DNA of 64,000 nt, taken from contig JAFVHZ010000103.1 in assembly GCA_017474265.1 (NCBI GenBank), positions 614-64,613 of the forward strand, given 5' to 3'. Each line of letters begins with the position of its first letter. The stretch's first letter is position 1. This DNA comes from Bacteroidales bacterium (GTDB lineage: Bacteria > Bacteroidota > Bacteroidia > Bacteroidales > UBA932). Both the position numbers and the translations under genes were made by a program. Shown in pieces: positions 44,954 through 56,876 of the stretch. Under the pieces are notes generated by a model, which was not told where the DNA came from, searched no databases, and worked only from the letters and a program-made list of their open reading frames with translations.

Positions 44954-46591
44954 ATGAAAAAGACAATATATATTATCGCCATAACGCTGACCGCAGCGTC
45001 GTGCGTGAACGATCTCGACACCCTGCCGCTGGACAAGACGGAACCGGTATCCGAGTATGTCTACGGCACATCCGAGGAAGCCTACCTTTCCGGTCTGGCA
45101 CGCCTGTATTTCCAGTTCGTGTCGAATGACCTTACCGACCTCCAGGCCATGGACGGAGGGGCGTCGGAGGTGATAAGGGCGTTCTGGTCGGTGCAGGAGA
45201 CCACCACAGACGAGGCAAAATGCTCATGGGAGAATGATGCCTGGGTGCGTGCCTTGAACACAAACACATGGACTGAAGTCCAGAATGACGCTGTCTATGC
45301 CGTGTATGTGCGTACCTTGCAGGGAGTAGCCTTTGTCAACGAATACCTTCGTCAGACCACTCCGGAACGTCTTAAGGACCGGGGAGTGTCTCCGGAACTG
45401 GCGGCAAAGATCGATGTGTTCAGGGCTGAGGCCCGGTTCATAAGGGCATATCTCTACTGGATGGCTCTCGACTGTTTCGGAAGCGTTCCGTTCACTACTG
45501 AAAACTCTCCTTTCGGAGGGACATATTTCCCTAAGCAGGCATCCGGAGCCGAGATATTCGCCTTCTGCGTGAATGAACTGGAGTACCTGAGGTCAGATGA
45601 AAGTCCCATGATGGCTCCACGTTCTCTTTATCCGCGTGCTGACAAAGGTGCCGCTACGGGACTTCTTGCCAGAATGTATCTCAATGCGGAAGTCTATACC
45701 GGGACTGCCATGTGGTCAGAGGCAAAGGCTGCATGCGAGGATATCTTTGCGATGGGTTATTCCCTATCGCCGGACTATGCCGCCCTTTTCCGGGGTGATA
45801 ACGGCCAGAATCCGGAGGCGCGTGCAGAGATGCTTTGGGCCATCGATTATGATGACAGCAATACGGATTCATATGGAGGAACATCCTACCTCCTTGCCGC
45901 ATCTCTGGCATCTACCGACATTACGGATGTCTCCCGTCCTAACGGGCAGCGTAACGGATGGGCCGGTCTGCGCGTACCTTATGAATTTGTGAACCGATAT
46001 TTTGATGTGAGCGGTCAGAATTATGAGACTGGTACATATGACGTCGCGGACAAGAGGGGAGAGGTGTTCTATATCAAAGGCCGTCAGGAATCAATGGATG
46101 GGGCTCTCTATTCGTTCATGAACGGATGGTCGTGCCTGAAATTCAACAATATACCTCATGACCAGACGAATGAATCCTTCCTGTCCCAATCCGCCACGAA
46201 AAACTTTTCCGATGTGGATTTCCCTATGATAAGGCTGGGTGAGATATATCTGATATATGCGGAGGCATGCATGCGCTTGGGGCAGCCTTCGACGGCATTG
46301 ACCAGAATCGAGGAACTTGCCGGGAGGGCAGGTACGGAGCCTCCGACGGAAATCACACCTGGATTCCTTGTGGATGAAAGGGCCCGCGAACTCTTCTGGG
46401 AGGCCCATCGCCGTACCGACCTCATAAGGTTCGGACTTTACCATACCGATGCTTATCTATGGCCGTACAAAGGTGGGGATTCATATGCAGGTCAATCGTT
46501 TCCGGCACATATGCTGCTGTTTCCGATTCCGCCTACGGAACTTGCCACAAACGATGCTCTGGTCCAGAATCCGGGCTATCCGGTTCCGTAA
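44954..46591 (+). CDS. susD: SusD family lipoprotein (copy 2)
   Basis: Lipobox AASC, TTDEAKCSW, LARMYLNAEVY, GWAGLR and ERARELFWEAHRRTDLIRFG. Confidence 0.92.
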   Translation: MKKTIYIIAITLTAASCVNDLDTLPLDKTEPVSEYVYGTSEEAYLSGLARLYFQFVSNDLTDLQAMDGGASEVIRAFWSVQETTTDEAKCSWENDAWVRALNTNTWTEVQNDAVYAVYVRTLQGVAFVNEYLRQTTPERLKDRGVSPELAAKIDVFRAEARFIRAYLYWMALDCFGSVPFTTENSPFGGTYFPKQASGAEIFAFCVNELEYLRSDESPMMAPRSLYPRADKGAATGLLARMYLNAEVYTGTAMWSEAKAACEDIFAMGYSLSPDYAALFRGDNGQNPEARAEMLWAIDYDDSNTDSYGGTSYLLAASLASTDITDVSRPNGQRNGWAGLRVPYEFVNRYFDVSGQNYETGTYDVADKRGEVFYIKGRQESMDGALYSFMNGWSCLKFNNIPHDQTNESFLSQSATKNFSDVDFPMIRLGEIYLIYAEACMRLGQPSTALTRIEELAGRAGTEPPTEITPGFLVDERARELFWEAHRRTDLIRFGLYHTDAYLWPYKGGDSYAGQSFPAHMLLFPIPPTELATNDALVQNPGYPVP

Positions 46592-46595
46592 AGAT

Positions 46596-46649
46596 TACGA
46601 TTCGTCACAAAAAAATGACCGTTCGTCGTAAAACTTTAAGTGATTCATC
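46596..46649 (+). promoter_or_regulatory. Candidate LytTR boxes upstream of the pullulanase operon (ACGATTCGTC, GACCGTTCGTC, TGATTCATC)
   Basis: Same 11-mer as at 39488/39509, in the same orientation relative to the regulated genes; box ends at 46606, 46627 and 46649. Confidence 0.72.
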
Positions 46650-46737
46650 CTTCATTTATGACAGATTTGCCGAATTATCACTATTTTCGTAGGATGTGTA
46701 AATGGGCACTTATGAATTTTGATAAAAATTTGGAATC

Positions 46738-48690
46738 ATGAAGATATCATTTAAAGTTTTTTTGATGGGAACAATCGCTGCCGCTATGGCTTCATGCGCT
46801 TCTGACGGATCTTTTGCCGTGCCGGAAGCGCCTCTTGAGGAGTGTGTCTACAATGGGGGAACTACGGAATTCTCCGTATGGTCGCCGGATGCCGACGCCG
46901 CACAGTTGAGACTGTATCATTCTGCCTCAGACGACGCTGCATTCAGGACAGTCAACATGAAGAAGGCCAAGGGCGGACTTTGGAAGACAGTGGTCAACGA
47001 GGATCTCAAGGGGACCTTCTATGCTTTCAGGGTGGAGAAGGATGGAAAATGGCTGGAAGAGACGGCCGGAATCGCAGCAAAGGCTGTGGGAGTGAACGGA
47101 ATGCGTGGTGCGGTGATCGACTGGAAGGATACCGATCCTGAAGGATGGTCCGAGGACAGGAGCCCGGCCATCAAGCCTTCGGACATCATCGTATATGAAC
47201 TCCAGCATAGGGATTTCTCCATCCATGAGACCTCAGGAATCAGCAACAGAGGCAAGTACCTCGCCCTGACAGAGGAAGGTACGAAGAACCCTCAGGGACT
47301 TGCTACAGGTATCGACCATCTCAAGGAACTGGGAGTGACATATGTGCAGCTTCTCCCTTCGACAGACTTCGCTACCATTGACGAGACCCGTCTGGAAGAC
47401 AATCAGTACAACTGGGGATACGAGCCTCTGAACTACAACGCCGTGGAAGGCTCGTTCTCTACAGACCCATACAACCCTGTCACACGCATCAAGGAGTTCA
47501 AGCAGATGGTCCAGGCTCTTCACAAGGCCGGTTTCCGCGTCATCCTTGACGTGGTCTACAACCATACCACCAACGCTGCCAACACAGGTTTCGAGCGCAC
47601 CATGCCGGGATATTTCTACCGCATGCGTGAGGACGGCACCTTCTTCGACGGCTCAGGCTGCGGCAACGAGACTGCATCGGAGCAGGAGATGTTCCGCAAA
47701 TACATGGTCGAGTCCCTCGAGTGGTGGATGAAGGAATACCACATAGACGGATTCAGATTCGACCTCATGGCCATCCATGACATCGAGACCATGAACCTCA
47801 TCAGCGAGCGTCTGCACGCCATCGATCCTGACGTCGTGATATACGGTGAAGGCTGGGCAGCATCAGCCCCTGCATATCCTGCAGAAGAGATTGCGCTCAA
47901 GGCCAATACATACATGCTTGACAAGGTCGGTGCATTCAGCGACAACATCCGTGACGCCGTACGCGGCCCTCTCGGATGCGAGAATGCAGGCTTCATGGAC
48001 GGAGTCGCAGGGAACAAACCGAACGTGGAGTTCGGAATCGCCGGCGGCATCGATCATCCTCAGGTGACTGTGGAGCGCTGGACAAACAGTCCTCTCCAGC
48101 ATGTAAGTTATGTAAGTTGCCACGACGACCACTGCCTGCGTGACCGTCTTGAAGAGGCTACGGAGGCGACCGAGGCGGAGCGTCTGAAGATGGTGAAACT
48201 GGCCCAGACAGCAGTCTATACCTCACAGGGCATTCCTTTCATCTTCAACGGAGAGGAACTCTACCGTCACAAGCAGGGCGTGAAGAACAGTTACAATCAG
48301 CCTGATTCCATCAACGCCATCGACTGGACCTACAAGACAAAGTACAAGGACCTCGTGGACTATTATGCGGCGCTCGCTGCAATCCGTCATGCACATCCGG
48401 GCTTCTGCCTTGGCGATGCGGATCTCGTACGCGAGAAACTCTCATTCATCGATGTCAATGATCCATGCGTAGTGGCATTCAGGATCGACGGCCTTGAGGG
48501 CATTGATTCTGCAAAGTCTCTCACAGTGCTTCTGAACGGCTCGAAGAAGGCTGTCAAGGTAGAGATCCCGCAGGGCAACTACACCGTGCTTGCAAAGAAC
48601 GGACAGGCCGATGCAGAAGGCCTTGCTGCATTTTCCGGCAACGAAATATCGGCCGTAGCGACATCCGCAACAATTCTCGCTGAAATGTGA
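46738..48690 (+). CDS. pulA: Type I pullulanase (GH13)
   Basis: FSVWSP, YNWGYEP pullulanase motif, DVVYNH, GSGCGN, DGFRFDLM, YGEGW, CHDD and NSYN. Confidence 0.92.
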   Translation: MKISFKVFLMGTIAAAMASCASDGSFAVPEAPLEECVYNGGTTEFSVWSPDADAAQLRLYHSASDDAAFRTVNMKKAKGGLWKTVVNEDLKGTFYAFRVEKDGKWLEETAGIAAKAVGVNGMRGAVIDWKDTDPEGWSEDRSPAIKPSDIIVYELQHRDFSIHETSGISNRGKYLALTEEGTKNPQGLATGIDHLKELGVTYVQLLPSTDFATIDETRLEDNQYNWGYEPLNYNAVEGSFSTDPYNPVTRIKEFKQMVQALHKAGFRVILDVVYNHTTNAANTGFERTMPGYFYRMREDGTFFDGSGCGNETASEQEMFRKYMVESLEWWMKEYHIDGFRFDLMAIHDIETMNLISERLHAIDPDVVIYGEGWAASAPAYPAEEIALKANTYMLDKVGAFSDNIRDAVRGPLGCENAGFMDGVAGNKPNVEFGIAGGIDHPQVTVERWTNSPLQHVSYVSCHDDHCLRDRLEEATEATEAERLKMVKLAQTAVYTSQGIPFIFNGEELYRHKQGVKNSYNQPDSINAIDWTYKTKYKDLVDYYAALAAIRHAHPGFCLGDADLVREKLSFIDVNDPCVVAFRIDGLEGIDSAKSLTVLLNGSKKAVKVEIPQGNYTVLAKNGQADAEGLAAFSGNEISAVATSATILAEM

Positions 48691-48694
48691 TGCG

Positions 48695-48766
48695 GCATGG
48701 ACTGAGGCTCGCGTAGCGAAGCATTTTCCTATGCTTCTGCGAAGCGAGGCGAGCCTCAGTCCATGC
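48695..48766. repeat. Branched palindromic element with a different head (GCGTAGC/GCGAAGC mini-hairpins)
   Basis: Perfect 18-bp arms GCATGGACTGAGGCTCGC/GCGAGCCTCAGTCCATGC with an inner GAAGCAT-TTTCCT-ATGCTTC hairpin. Confidence 0.75.
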
Positions 48767-48795
48767 ATGAAAAGACAACAATAAAACAAACAGAT

Positions 48796-50019
48796 ATGAA
48801 GAAGATACTTTTTGCAGTCTGCGCTGCCTTTCTGGCTCTTTCGTGCACTCAGGCACCGGAACTGAAGCAGCAGCCTCTTGAAAACTCGGTAGTCTACGAG
48901 ATGAACGTGCGTCAGTACACACCGGAAGGAACATTTGCTGCCGCACAGCAGCAGTTGCCTCGCCTCGCCGAACTCGGCGTCGACATCGTATGGCTCATGC
49001 CGATCTATCCTATCGGAGTAGAGGGCCGCAAAGGCACCCTCGGTTCATACTATGCCGTGAAGGACTATTGTGCCGTAAACCCTGAGTTCGGAACCCTCGA
49101 AGACTTTGACAACTTCCTTGCAGAGGCTCACCGCCTCGGTCTGCGCGTTGTCATCGACTGGGTGGCAAATCACACGTCTCCTGACGCAGTCTGGGTGACA
49201 GGCAAGGCTCCGGAGTGGTACGAACGTGATGCTGAGGGAAATACAACCTTCACTGCCGACTGGTCGGACACCGCCAACCTCAATTACGAGAACAAGGACG
49301 TATGGAAGGGCATGGCCGATGCAATGCGCTTCTGGATGGAACGCGGCATCGACGGCTTCCGTTGCGACATGGCATGCGAGGTCCCACTCGAGTTCTGGCA
49401 GGAGACCATCGCAGGTCTTCGCGCTGACTATCCTGACATGTATATGCTTGCAGAGGGCGAAGAGCCTCTCCTTCATTCCCTTTCCGACTTCGATGCGTCA
49501 TATTCATGGGAACTCCACCACATGATGAATGCCATCGCCCGCGGAGAGAAGAATATCCCTGAACTTCTCGAATATATTCAGAAGGACGCTGAAAGACAGC
49601 CGGCCGACGCCTTCCGTCTTATGTTCACATCCAACCACGACGAGAACTCATGGGCAGGAACCGAATTCGAAAGGATGGGTGATGCTGCAAAACTGATGGC
49701 GGTACTTACCTTCACCCTTCCAGGCGGTCAGCCGCTTATCTATACCGGTCAGGAAATGGGCTGGAACAAGAGGTTCGAGTTCTTCGAGAAGGATCATATA
49801 CCGGCATGGGAGGAGAACGAATATACCGACTTCTACAAATGGCTCATCGGCATCCGTCATGACAATCCTGCCCTCGCTGCAGGTGACAAGGGCGGCAAGT
49901 TCGAGGTGGTGTCTGCAGAAGACAGCGTCCTCGTCTTCACCCGTACCCTTCCTGACAACAAAGTCACAGTAAAGGCTGAACTCAAAGCCCCTTGGTCTTA
50001 CGAAATCACAGTACAGTAA
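48796..50019 (+). CDS. GH13 alpha-amylase-family glycosidase (lipoprotein)
   Basis: Lipobox LALSC, YEMNVRQ, GSYYAV, DWVANHTS, DGFRCDMA, LAEG and NHDENSW. Confidence 0.9.
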   Translation: MKKILFAVCAAFLALSCTQAPELKQQPLENSVVYEMNVRQYTPEGTFAAAQQQLPRLAELGVDIVWLMPIYPIGVEGRKGTLGSYYAVKDYCAVNPEFGTLEDFDNFLAEAHRLGLRVVIDWVANHTSPDAVWVTGKAPEWYERDAEGNTTFTADWSDTANLNYENKDVWKGMADAMRFWMERGIDGFRCDMACEVPLEFWQETIAGLRADYPDMYMLAEGEEPLLHSLSDFDASYSWELHHMMNAIARGEKNIPELLEYIQKDAERQPADAFRLMFTSNHDENSWAGTEFERMGDAAKLMAVLTFTLPGGQPLIYTGQEMGWNKRFEFFEKDHIPAWEENEYTDFYKWLIGIRHDNPALAAGDKGGKFEVVSAEDSVLVFTRTLPDNKVTVKAELKAPWSYEITVQ

Positions 50020-50024
50020 CAGAT

Positions 50025-51956
50025 ATGAAAAGAATCCTTTCAGTAATCGCAGTCGTTGCCCTTGCTGCATGTTCGGGCAAGCCTGCTTTCGATCCCGCAA
50101 CAGTTGCAGATGCCACTTCAGAGCAGGTGACACGTGTGGAACCCCTTTCATGGTGGGTCGGAATGAAGACCGACCTCCAATTGATGGTACAAGGCACCGG
50201 CATCTCTGACTATGATGTCGCCATCGAAGGCGGCAAAGGCGTTTCTGTCAGTAAGGTGACAAAGGCAGAAAGCCCTAACTACCTTTTCGTAGACGTCAAG
50301 ATCGCTCCGGATGCCGAGCCTGGCACATACTACATCGTCTTCTCGAAGGACGGCCAGTCATTCAAATATCCATACGAAATCGCTGCACGCGAGGAAGGCT
50401 CTGCAGAACGCAAGAGTTTCACCACCGCTGACATGGTCTACCTCATCATGCCAGACCGTTTCGCAAACGGCGATCCGTCAAACGATTCCACCGAAGACAC
50501 TGCCGAGAAGGCAAACCGTGCAGACGGCAACGGACGCCACGGCGGAGACATCCAGGGTGTCATAGACCACCTCGACTACATCAGCGAACTCGGTGCTACA
50601 TATATCTGGACAACTCCGTTCCTTGAGGATAATGCTCCTGACGGATCATACCACGGATACGCAGCCTCAGATTATTATCACATCGACTCGCGTTTCGGAT
50701 CGAACGAACTTTACAGGACACTCGTCGACAAGGCCCGCGAAAAGGGCATCGGCATCATCATGGACATCGTCCCTAACCACTGCGGTACTGAGCACTGGTG
50801 GATGAACGACCTTCCGTTCCAGGACTGGATCCATCAGTTCCCTGAATACACAGGCACGAACGTGGCATTCTCCACAAACATGGACCCTAACGCTTCACAG
50901 AAGGACCTCTACATCCAGGAAAGCGGCTGGTTCGTACCTTCGATGGTGGACATGAACCTCGACAATCCGTATGTACTCCAGTATTTCATCCAGTGGGGCG
51001 TGTGGTGGATCGAGTATTCCGGTCTCAACGGTTTCCGTGTGGATACATATCCATACAATGAGAAGGAACCTGCTTCTGAGTGGTGCAAGGCCATAATGAA
51101 CGAATATCCGAACTTCAACATAGTAGGAGAGTGCTGGACTTCATCAATTCCTCAACTCGCATACTGGCAGGGCGGCAATGAGAACAAGGACGGTTTCGAC
51201 TCTAACCTTCCGTCTATCATGGACTTCCCTCTCCACGATGCGATGCGCGCGGCTCTTGCCGAGGATGAAGGAGGCTGGGGAGCCGGCATGACCAAGGTAT
51301 ATGACATCCTCTCCCATGACTTCGTCTACCACGACCTTTCCAAGATGCTCATCTTCCCTGGCAACCACGATACAGCACGTATCGGTGACGTTGTGCGCAA
51401 GGATCCTCGTGCCCTCAAGATCGCCATGGCGATGATGGCCACAATGCGAGGCATCCCTCAGATATTTGCCGGTGACGAACTCATGTTCGTTTCATCAAAG
51501 CCGGACAACATCGGTGACCACCCTGGTCTCCGTGTGGATTTCCCAGGCGGATGGGAAGGCGATGAGATCGATCTCTTCACAGCAGAAGGCCGTAAGGCTC
51601 AGACTCATAACACCGACGGACTCAAGGTGGAGAAAGGTCAGGCAGCCGACCTCTTCGACTATGTGAGCGGTCTCTTCCAGTGGAGAAAGACAAAGGACGT
51701 CATCCACAACGGCAAGACAATGCATTTCATGACCCGTGACAATACTTATGCATACTTCCGTTACGACGAAGACGATGTGGTGTTCGTATACATCAACAAT
51801 ACCCTCGAGGACAAGAATGTCCCTTGGTCATATTATTCAGAGATTTCGGAAGGCCTTACCGGTGGCGTGAACGTCATTACAGGCGAACCTTTTGACGTGT
51901 CCGATGCTACTATCGTTGCTCCAAAATCAGTACTTATTGTGGAATATAGTAGATAA
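50025..51956 (+). CDS. SusA-like neopullulanase/cyclomaltodextrinase (GH13)
   Basis: Cyc-maltodext N domain (VEPLSWWVGM..SPNYLF), MPDRFANGD, YHGYA, GFRVDTYPY, VGECW and NHDTAR. Confidence 0.9.
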   Translation: MKRILSVIAVVALAACSGKPAFDPATVADATSEQVTRVEPLSWWVGMKTDLQLMVQGTGISDYDVAIEGGKGVSVSKVTKAESPNYLFVDVKIAPDAEPGTYYIVFSKDGQSFKYPYEIAAREEGSAERKSFTTADMVYLIMPDRFANGDPSNDSTEDTAEKANRADGNGRHGGDIQGVIDHLDYISELGATYIWTTPFLEDNAPDGSYHGYAASDYYHIDSRFGSNELYRTLVDKAREKGIGIIMDIVPNHCGTEHWWMNDLPFQDWIHQFPEYTGTNVAFSTNMDPNASQKDLYIQESGWFVPSMVDMNLDNPYVLQYFIQWGVWWIEYSGLNGFRVDTYPYNEKEPASEWCKAIMNEYPNFNIVGECWTSSIPQLAYWQGGNENKDGFDSNLPSIMDFPLHDAMRAALAEDEGGWGAGMTKVYDILSHDFVYHDLSKMLIFPGNHDTARIGDVVRKDPRALKIAMAMMATMRGIPQIFAGDELMFVSSKPDNIGDHPGLRVDFPGGWEGDEIDLFTAEGRKAQTHNTDGLKVEKGQAADLFDYVSGLFQWRKTKDVIHNGKTMHFMTRDNTYAYFRYDEDDVVFVYINNTLEDKNVPWSYYSEISEGLTGGVNVITGEPFDVSDATIVAPKSVLIVEYSR

Positions 51957-51959
51957 TAA

Positions 51960-54273
<2,314 letters not shown>

Positions 54274-54284
54274 GCGGTTCTTTC

Positions 54285-54398
54285 AATAAGACAGTTCCCG
54301 CTGGATAACAATAAGGTGACATGCCACCCCCGGCCAGGGGGTGCCTCCCGAAAGGGAGGCGGGGGTCATCGGTTGTTACCAGCGGGAACTGTTTTATT
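54285..54398. repeat. Branched palindromic element (family B, copy 6)
   Basis: Arms AATAAGACAGTTCCCGCTGG-A-TAACAA..GGTGAC / GTCATC..TTGTTA-CCAGCGGGAACTGTTTTATT; head CACCCCC-GGCCA-GGGGGTG-CCTCCC-GAAA-GGGAGG. Lies between convergent genes. Confidence 0.87.
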
Positions 54399-54407
54399 AG
54401 GGGGATG

Positions 54408-56792
54408 CTATCTCTTTGGAATGTCCACGAACTTCTCGCTCTGTCCCTTGAGATGCTCAGAGAAGTAGTCCACGAGCCTCCAGTAGAAGTATTCGTTCAT
54501 GTCGCCGAAGCCGTGACGCTGCTGAGGCAGGAGAAGCATGTCGAAACGCTTGCCTGCGCGGATGAGAGCGTCTACCACCCTCATGGTGTTTCCCGGATGT
54601 ACATTGTCGTCGATATCACCATGGATCAGAAGGAGATGGCCCTTGAGGTTCTTCGCGATCTCAGGATTTGTTCCGATCTTGTATACGAAGGTAGTGTCTC
54701 CCTGGTCTGTGACTGTCTCCTTTACGCCGTGATGAGTCTCGCTCCACCATCTGTTGTAGATGTTGTTGTCATGGTTGCCGGCGCATGATACCGCAGCCTT
54801 GAAGAAGTCAGGATACTGGCACATTGCTGCAGTACTCATGAATCCTCCGCCCGAGTGTCCGTGGATGCCGACCTTGTTGATGTCGATGAACGGATGACGG
54901 TTTGCAAGTTGCTCGATGACATACTTGTGGTCCGCCAGAGGGTAGTCCCTCATGTTGCCGTAGCCGTAGTTGTGGTACCACTTCGACCTGCTCGGATGAC
55001 CTCCGCGATGGCCGACTGTGATGACGATGAATCCAGCCTGTGCAAGGCGGTCGGTGCGCGGGCTCATTCTGGTGAAAGGATAAACGGTAGACTCTGTCTG
55101 AGGACCGGGATATACGTAATCCACGATAGGGTAGACCTTTGTCGAGTCAAAGTCGAACGGCTTGTACATCACTCCGTAGAGGTCGGTGACGCCGTCTGCA
55201 GCCTTTGCGGTGAAGAGTTCAGGGAACTTGTATCCGTTGGCGAACAACTGCGAGAAGTCGCTCTCCTGAAGATCCATCACCTTGTTTCCGGCATTGTCGA
55301 GAACGACAGCGACAGGAACGGTGTCCACGCGTGAGTAGTTGTCCACGATGTAACGGGCGTCGTCATCTACCTCCACTTGATGGAAGAACTCTCCTGCAGT
55401 GATCTGCTTCAGGCCTGTTCCGTCGAGGTTGGCACGGTAGAGATGCTCGTAGTATGGGTTCTCGCCCTTGTTGCGGCCGTTTGCCATGAAGTATACCGTA
55501 CGTGTCTTCTCATCCACCTTGAGGATTTCGTCCACATGCCATGGGCCTTTGGTGATGCGGTTCTTGAGATTTCCCTTGTCGTCATAGAGATAGAGATGTG
55601 CCCATCCGTCACGCTCGCTCCACTGGATGAGTTCCTTTCCTCCATTCAGGATATGGATGTCGCGGCTCTCCTGATAGGTGTTCATGCGCTCTTCGATGAT
55701 AGGGACGATGCTGTCCTGTCCGACGGTGTATGTGCAGACATCGATCCTGTGGAGGTCGCGGCTATGGCGTGTCATGAAGAATCTTTCGTTGTCTCCCTGC
55801 CATACCAGGGACAAGTCTTCCTTGTCACGCTGCTTCTGCTCGAAAGGCTTGCCCTCGATGCCGATGAACTGGTTCTTGAATGCAGCCACCTTTATCTCCT
55901 TGCGTGTGTTGTTCTCCATGTCGAAGATGTACAGGTGCTCTTCCGGTGCCTCCTTTTCGCCAGGCATCTGATACTTGTAGGTCTCAAGTGTAGGACGTGG
56001 CTTAGACATGATGTTGATGACCCAGAGGTCCTTCACTGCCCTGTCGTCAGAGATGGTGATGGCGAAATGCTTCGAGTCAGGAGACCAGTATCCGTATACG
56101 CCGCGGCGTGATCCGTTGCACAGAGTGTCGGTGTTCACCATCTTGTGCGGAATGCCGTAGCCGAAATGCTCCTGTCCGTCAGTAGTGAGTTGAATCTCGA
56201 CGATGGTCGAGTCCTTCTCGTTCTTCTTCGCCTTCAGGTAGTCCTCGTAACTCATCTTGTAGAGGTTCATGTCCTTGGCATATACTACTGTCTTTCTGTC
56301 CGGTGATACGAGTCCCCATCTGAGTTCCTTAGGTTCCTTTTCCTTGTCCTTGAGGTGGGTCAACTGACGTGCAGGATAGTCGTATGAGAAGTAGAATGTG
56401 GAGTCCTTTGAAGACTTAACCTCGAAGGTGAAGGTCTTGCCGTCTTCCTGTGCCTTGAGGTTGGTGATAGGGATGTGGCGTGCCTCGAAAGGATCCTTTA
56501 CGGTCTCTGTAAGTTGTGCTGCGATCTCATCGCGGTCAAAGAGAGGGGTCTGTGTCTTCTTGGACGGGTCCACTACATACCATGACTTTCCGTCACTGGT
56601 CTTGTACTCATACCAGAAGCAGTTGCCCTTCTGGAACCAGTGAGGGTCAACCTTGGTGGAGAAAAGCATGCTGTTGAGTTTGTCCAGAGTGAATTTTTCA
56701 GCCTGAAGATATTCAGGAAGTCTTTCCTGTGCTCCACAGTAAGCGCATGCAATGCATACTGTCAGGAATAATGTGGTCAGAATACGCTTCAT
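54408..56792 (-). CDS. S9B family dipeptidyl-peptidase IV-like serine peptidase
   Basis: Signal peptide, beta-propeller region, VYPGP, catalytic GHSGGG, HGDIDDNVH and QRHGF. Confidence 0.92.
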   Translation of the reverse strand: MKRILTTLFLTVCIACAYCGAQERLPEYLQAEKFTLDKLNSMLFSTKVDPHWFQKGNCFWYEYKTSDGKSWYVVDPSKKTQTPLFDRDEIAAQLTETVKDPFEARHIPITNLKAQEDGKTFTFEVKSSKDSTFYFSYDYPARQLTHLKDKEKEPKELRWGLVSPDRKTVVYAKDMNLYKMSYEDYLKAKKNEKDSTIVEIQLTTDGQEHFGYGIPHKMVNTDTLCNGSRRGVYGYWSPDSKHFAITISDDRAVKDLWVINIMSKPRPTLETYKYQMPGEKEAPEEHLYIFDMENNTRKEIKVAAFKNQFIGIEGKPFEQKQRDKEDLSLVWQGDNERFFMTRHSRDLHRIDVCTYTVGQDSIVPIIEERMNTYQESRDIHILNGGKELIQWSERDGWAHLYLYDDKGNLKNRITKGPWHVDEILKVDEKTRTVYFMANGRNKGENPYYEHLYRANLDGTGLKQITAGEFFHQVEVDDDARYIVDNYSRVDTVPVAVVLDNAGNKVMDLQESDFSQLFANGYKFPELFTAKAADGVTDLYGVMYKPFDFDSTKVYPIVDYVYPGPQTESTVYPFTRMSPRTDRLAQAGFIVITVGHRGGHPSRSKWYHNYGYGNMRDYPLADHKYVIEQLANRHPFIDINKVGIHGHSGGGFMSTAAMCQYPDFFKAAVSCAGNHDNNIYNRWWSETHHGVKETVTDQGDTTFVYKIGTNPEIAKNLKGHLLLIHGDIDDNVHPGNTMRVVDALIRAGKRFDMLLLPQQRHGFGDMNEYFYWRLVDYFSEHLKGQSEKFVDIPKR

Positions 56793-56876
56793 TTTATGTT
56801 ATGGTTGTGTTTTCGGAGGGCAAATGTAAGGATTTATTCCATTATTTTATTATATTTGGACGGTTTCTCCCCGCCA

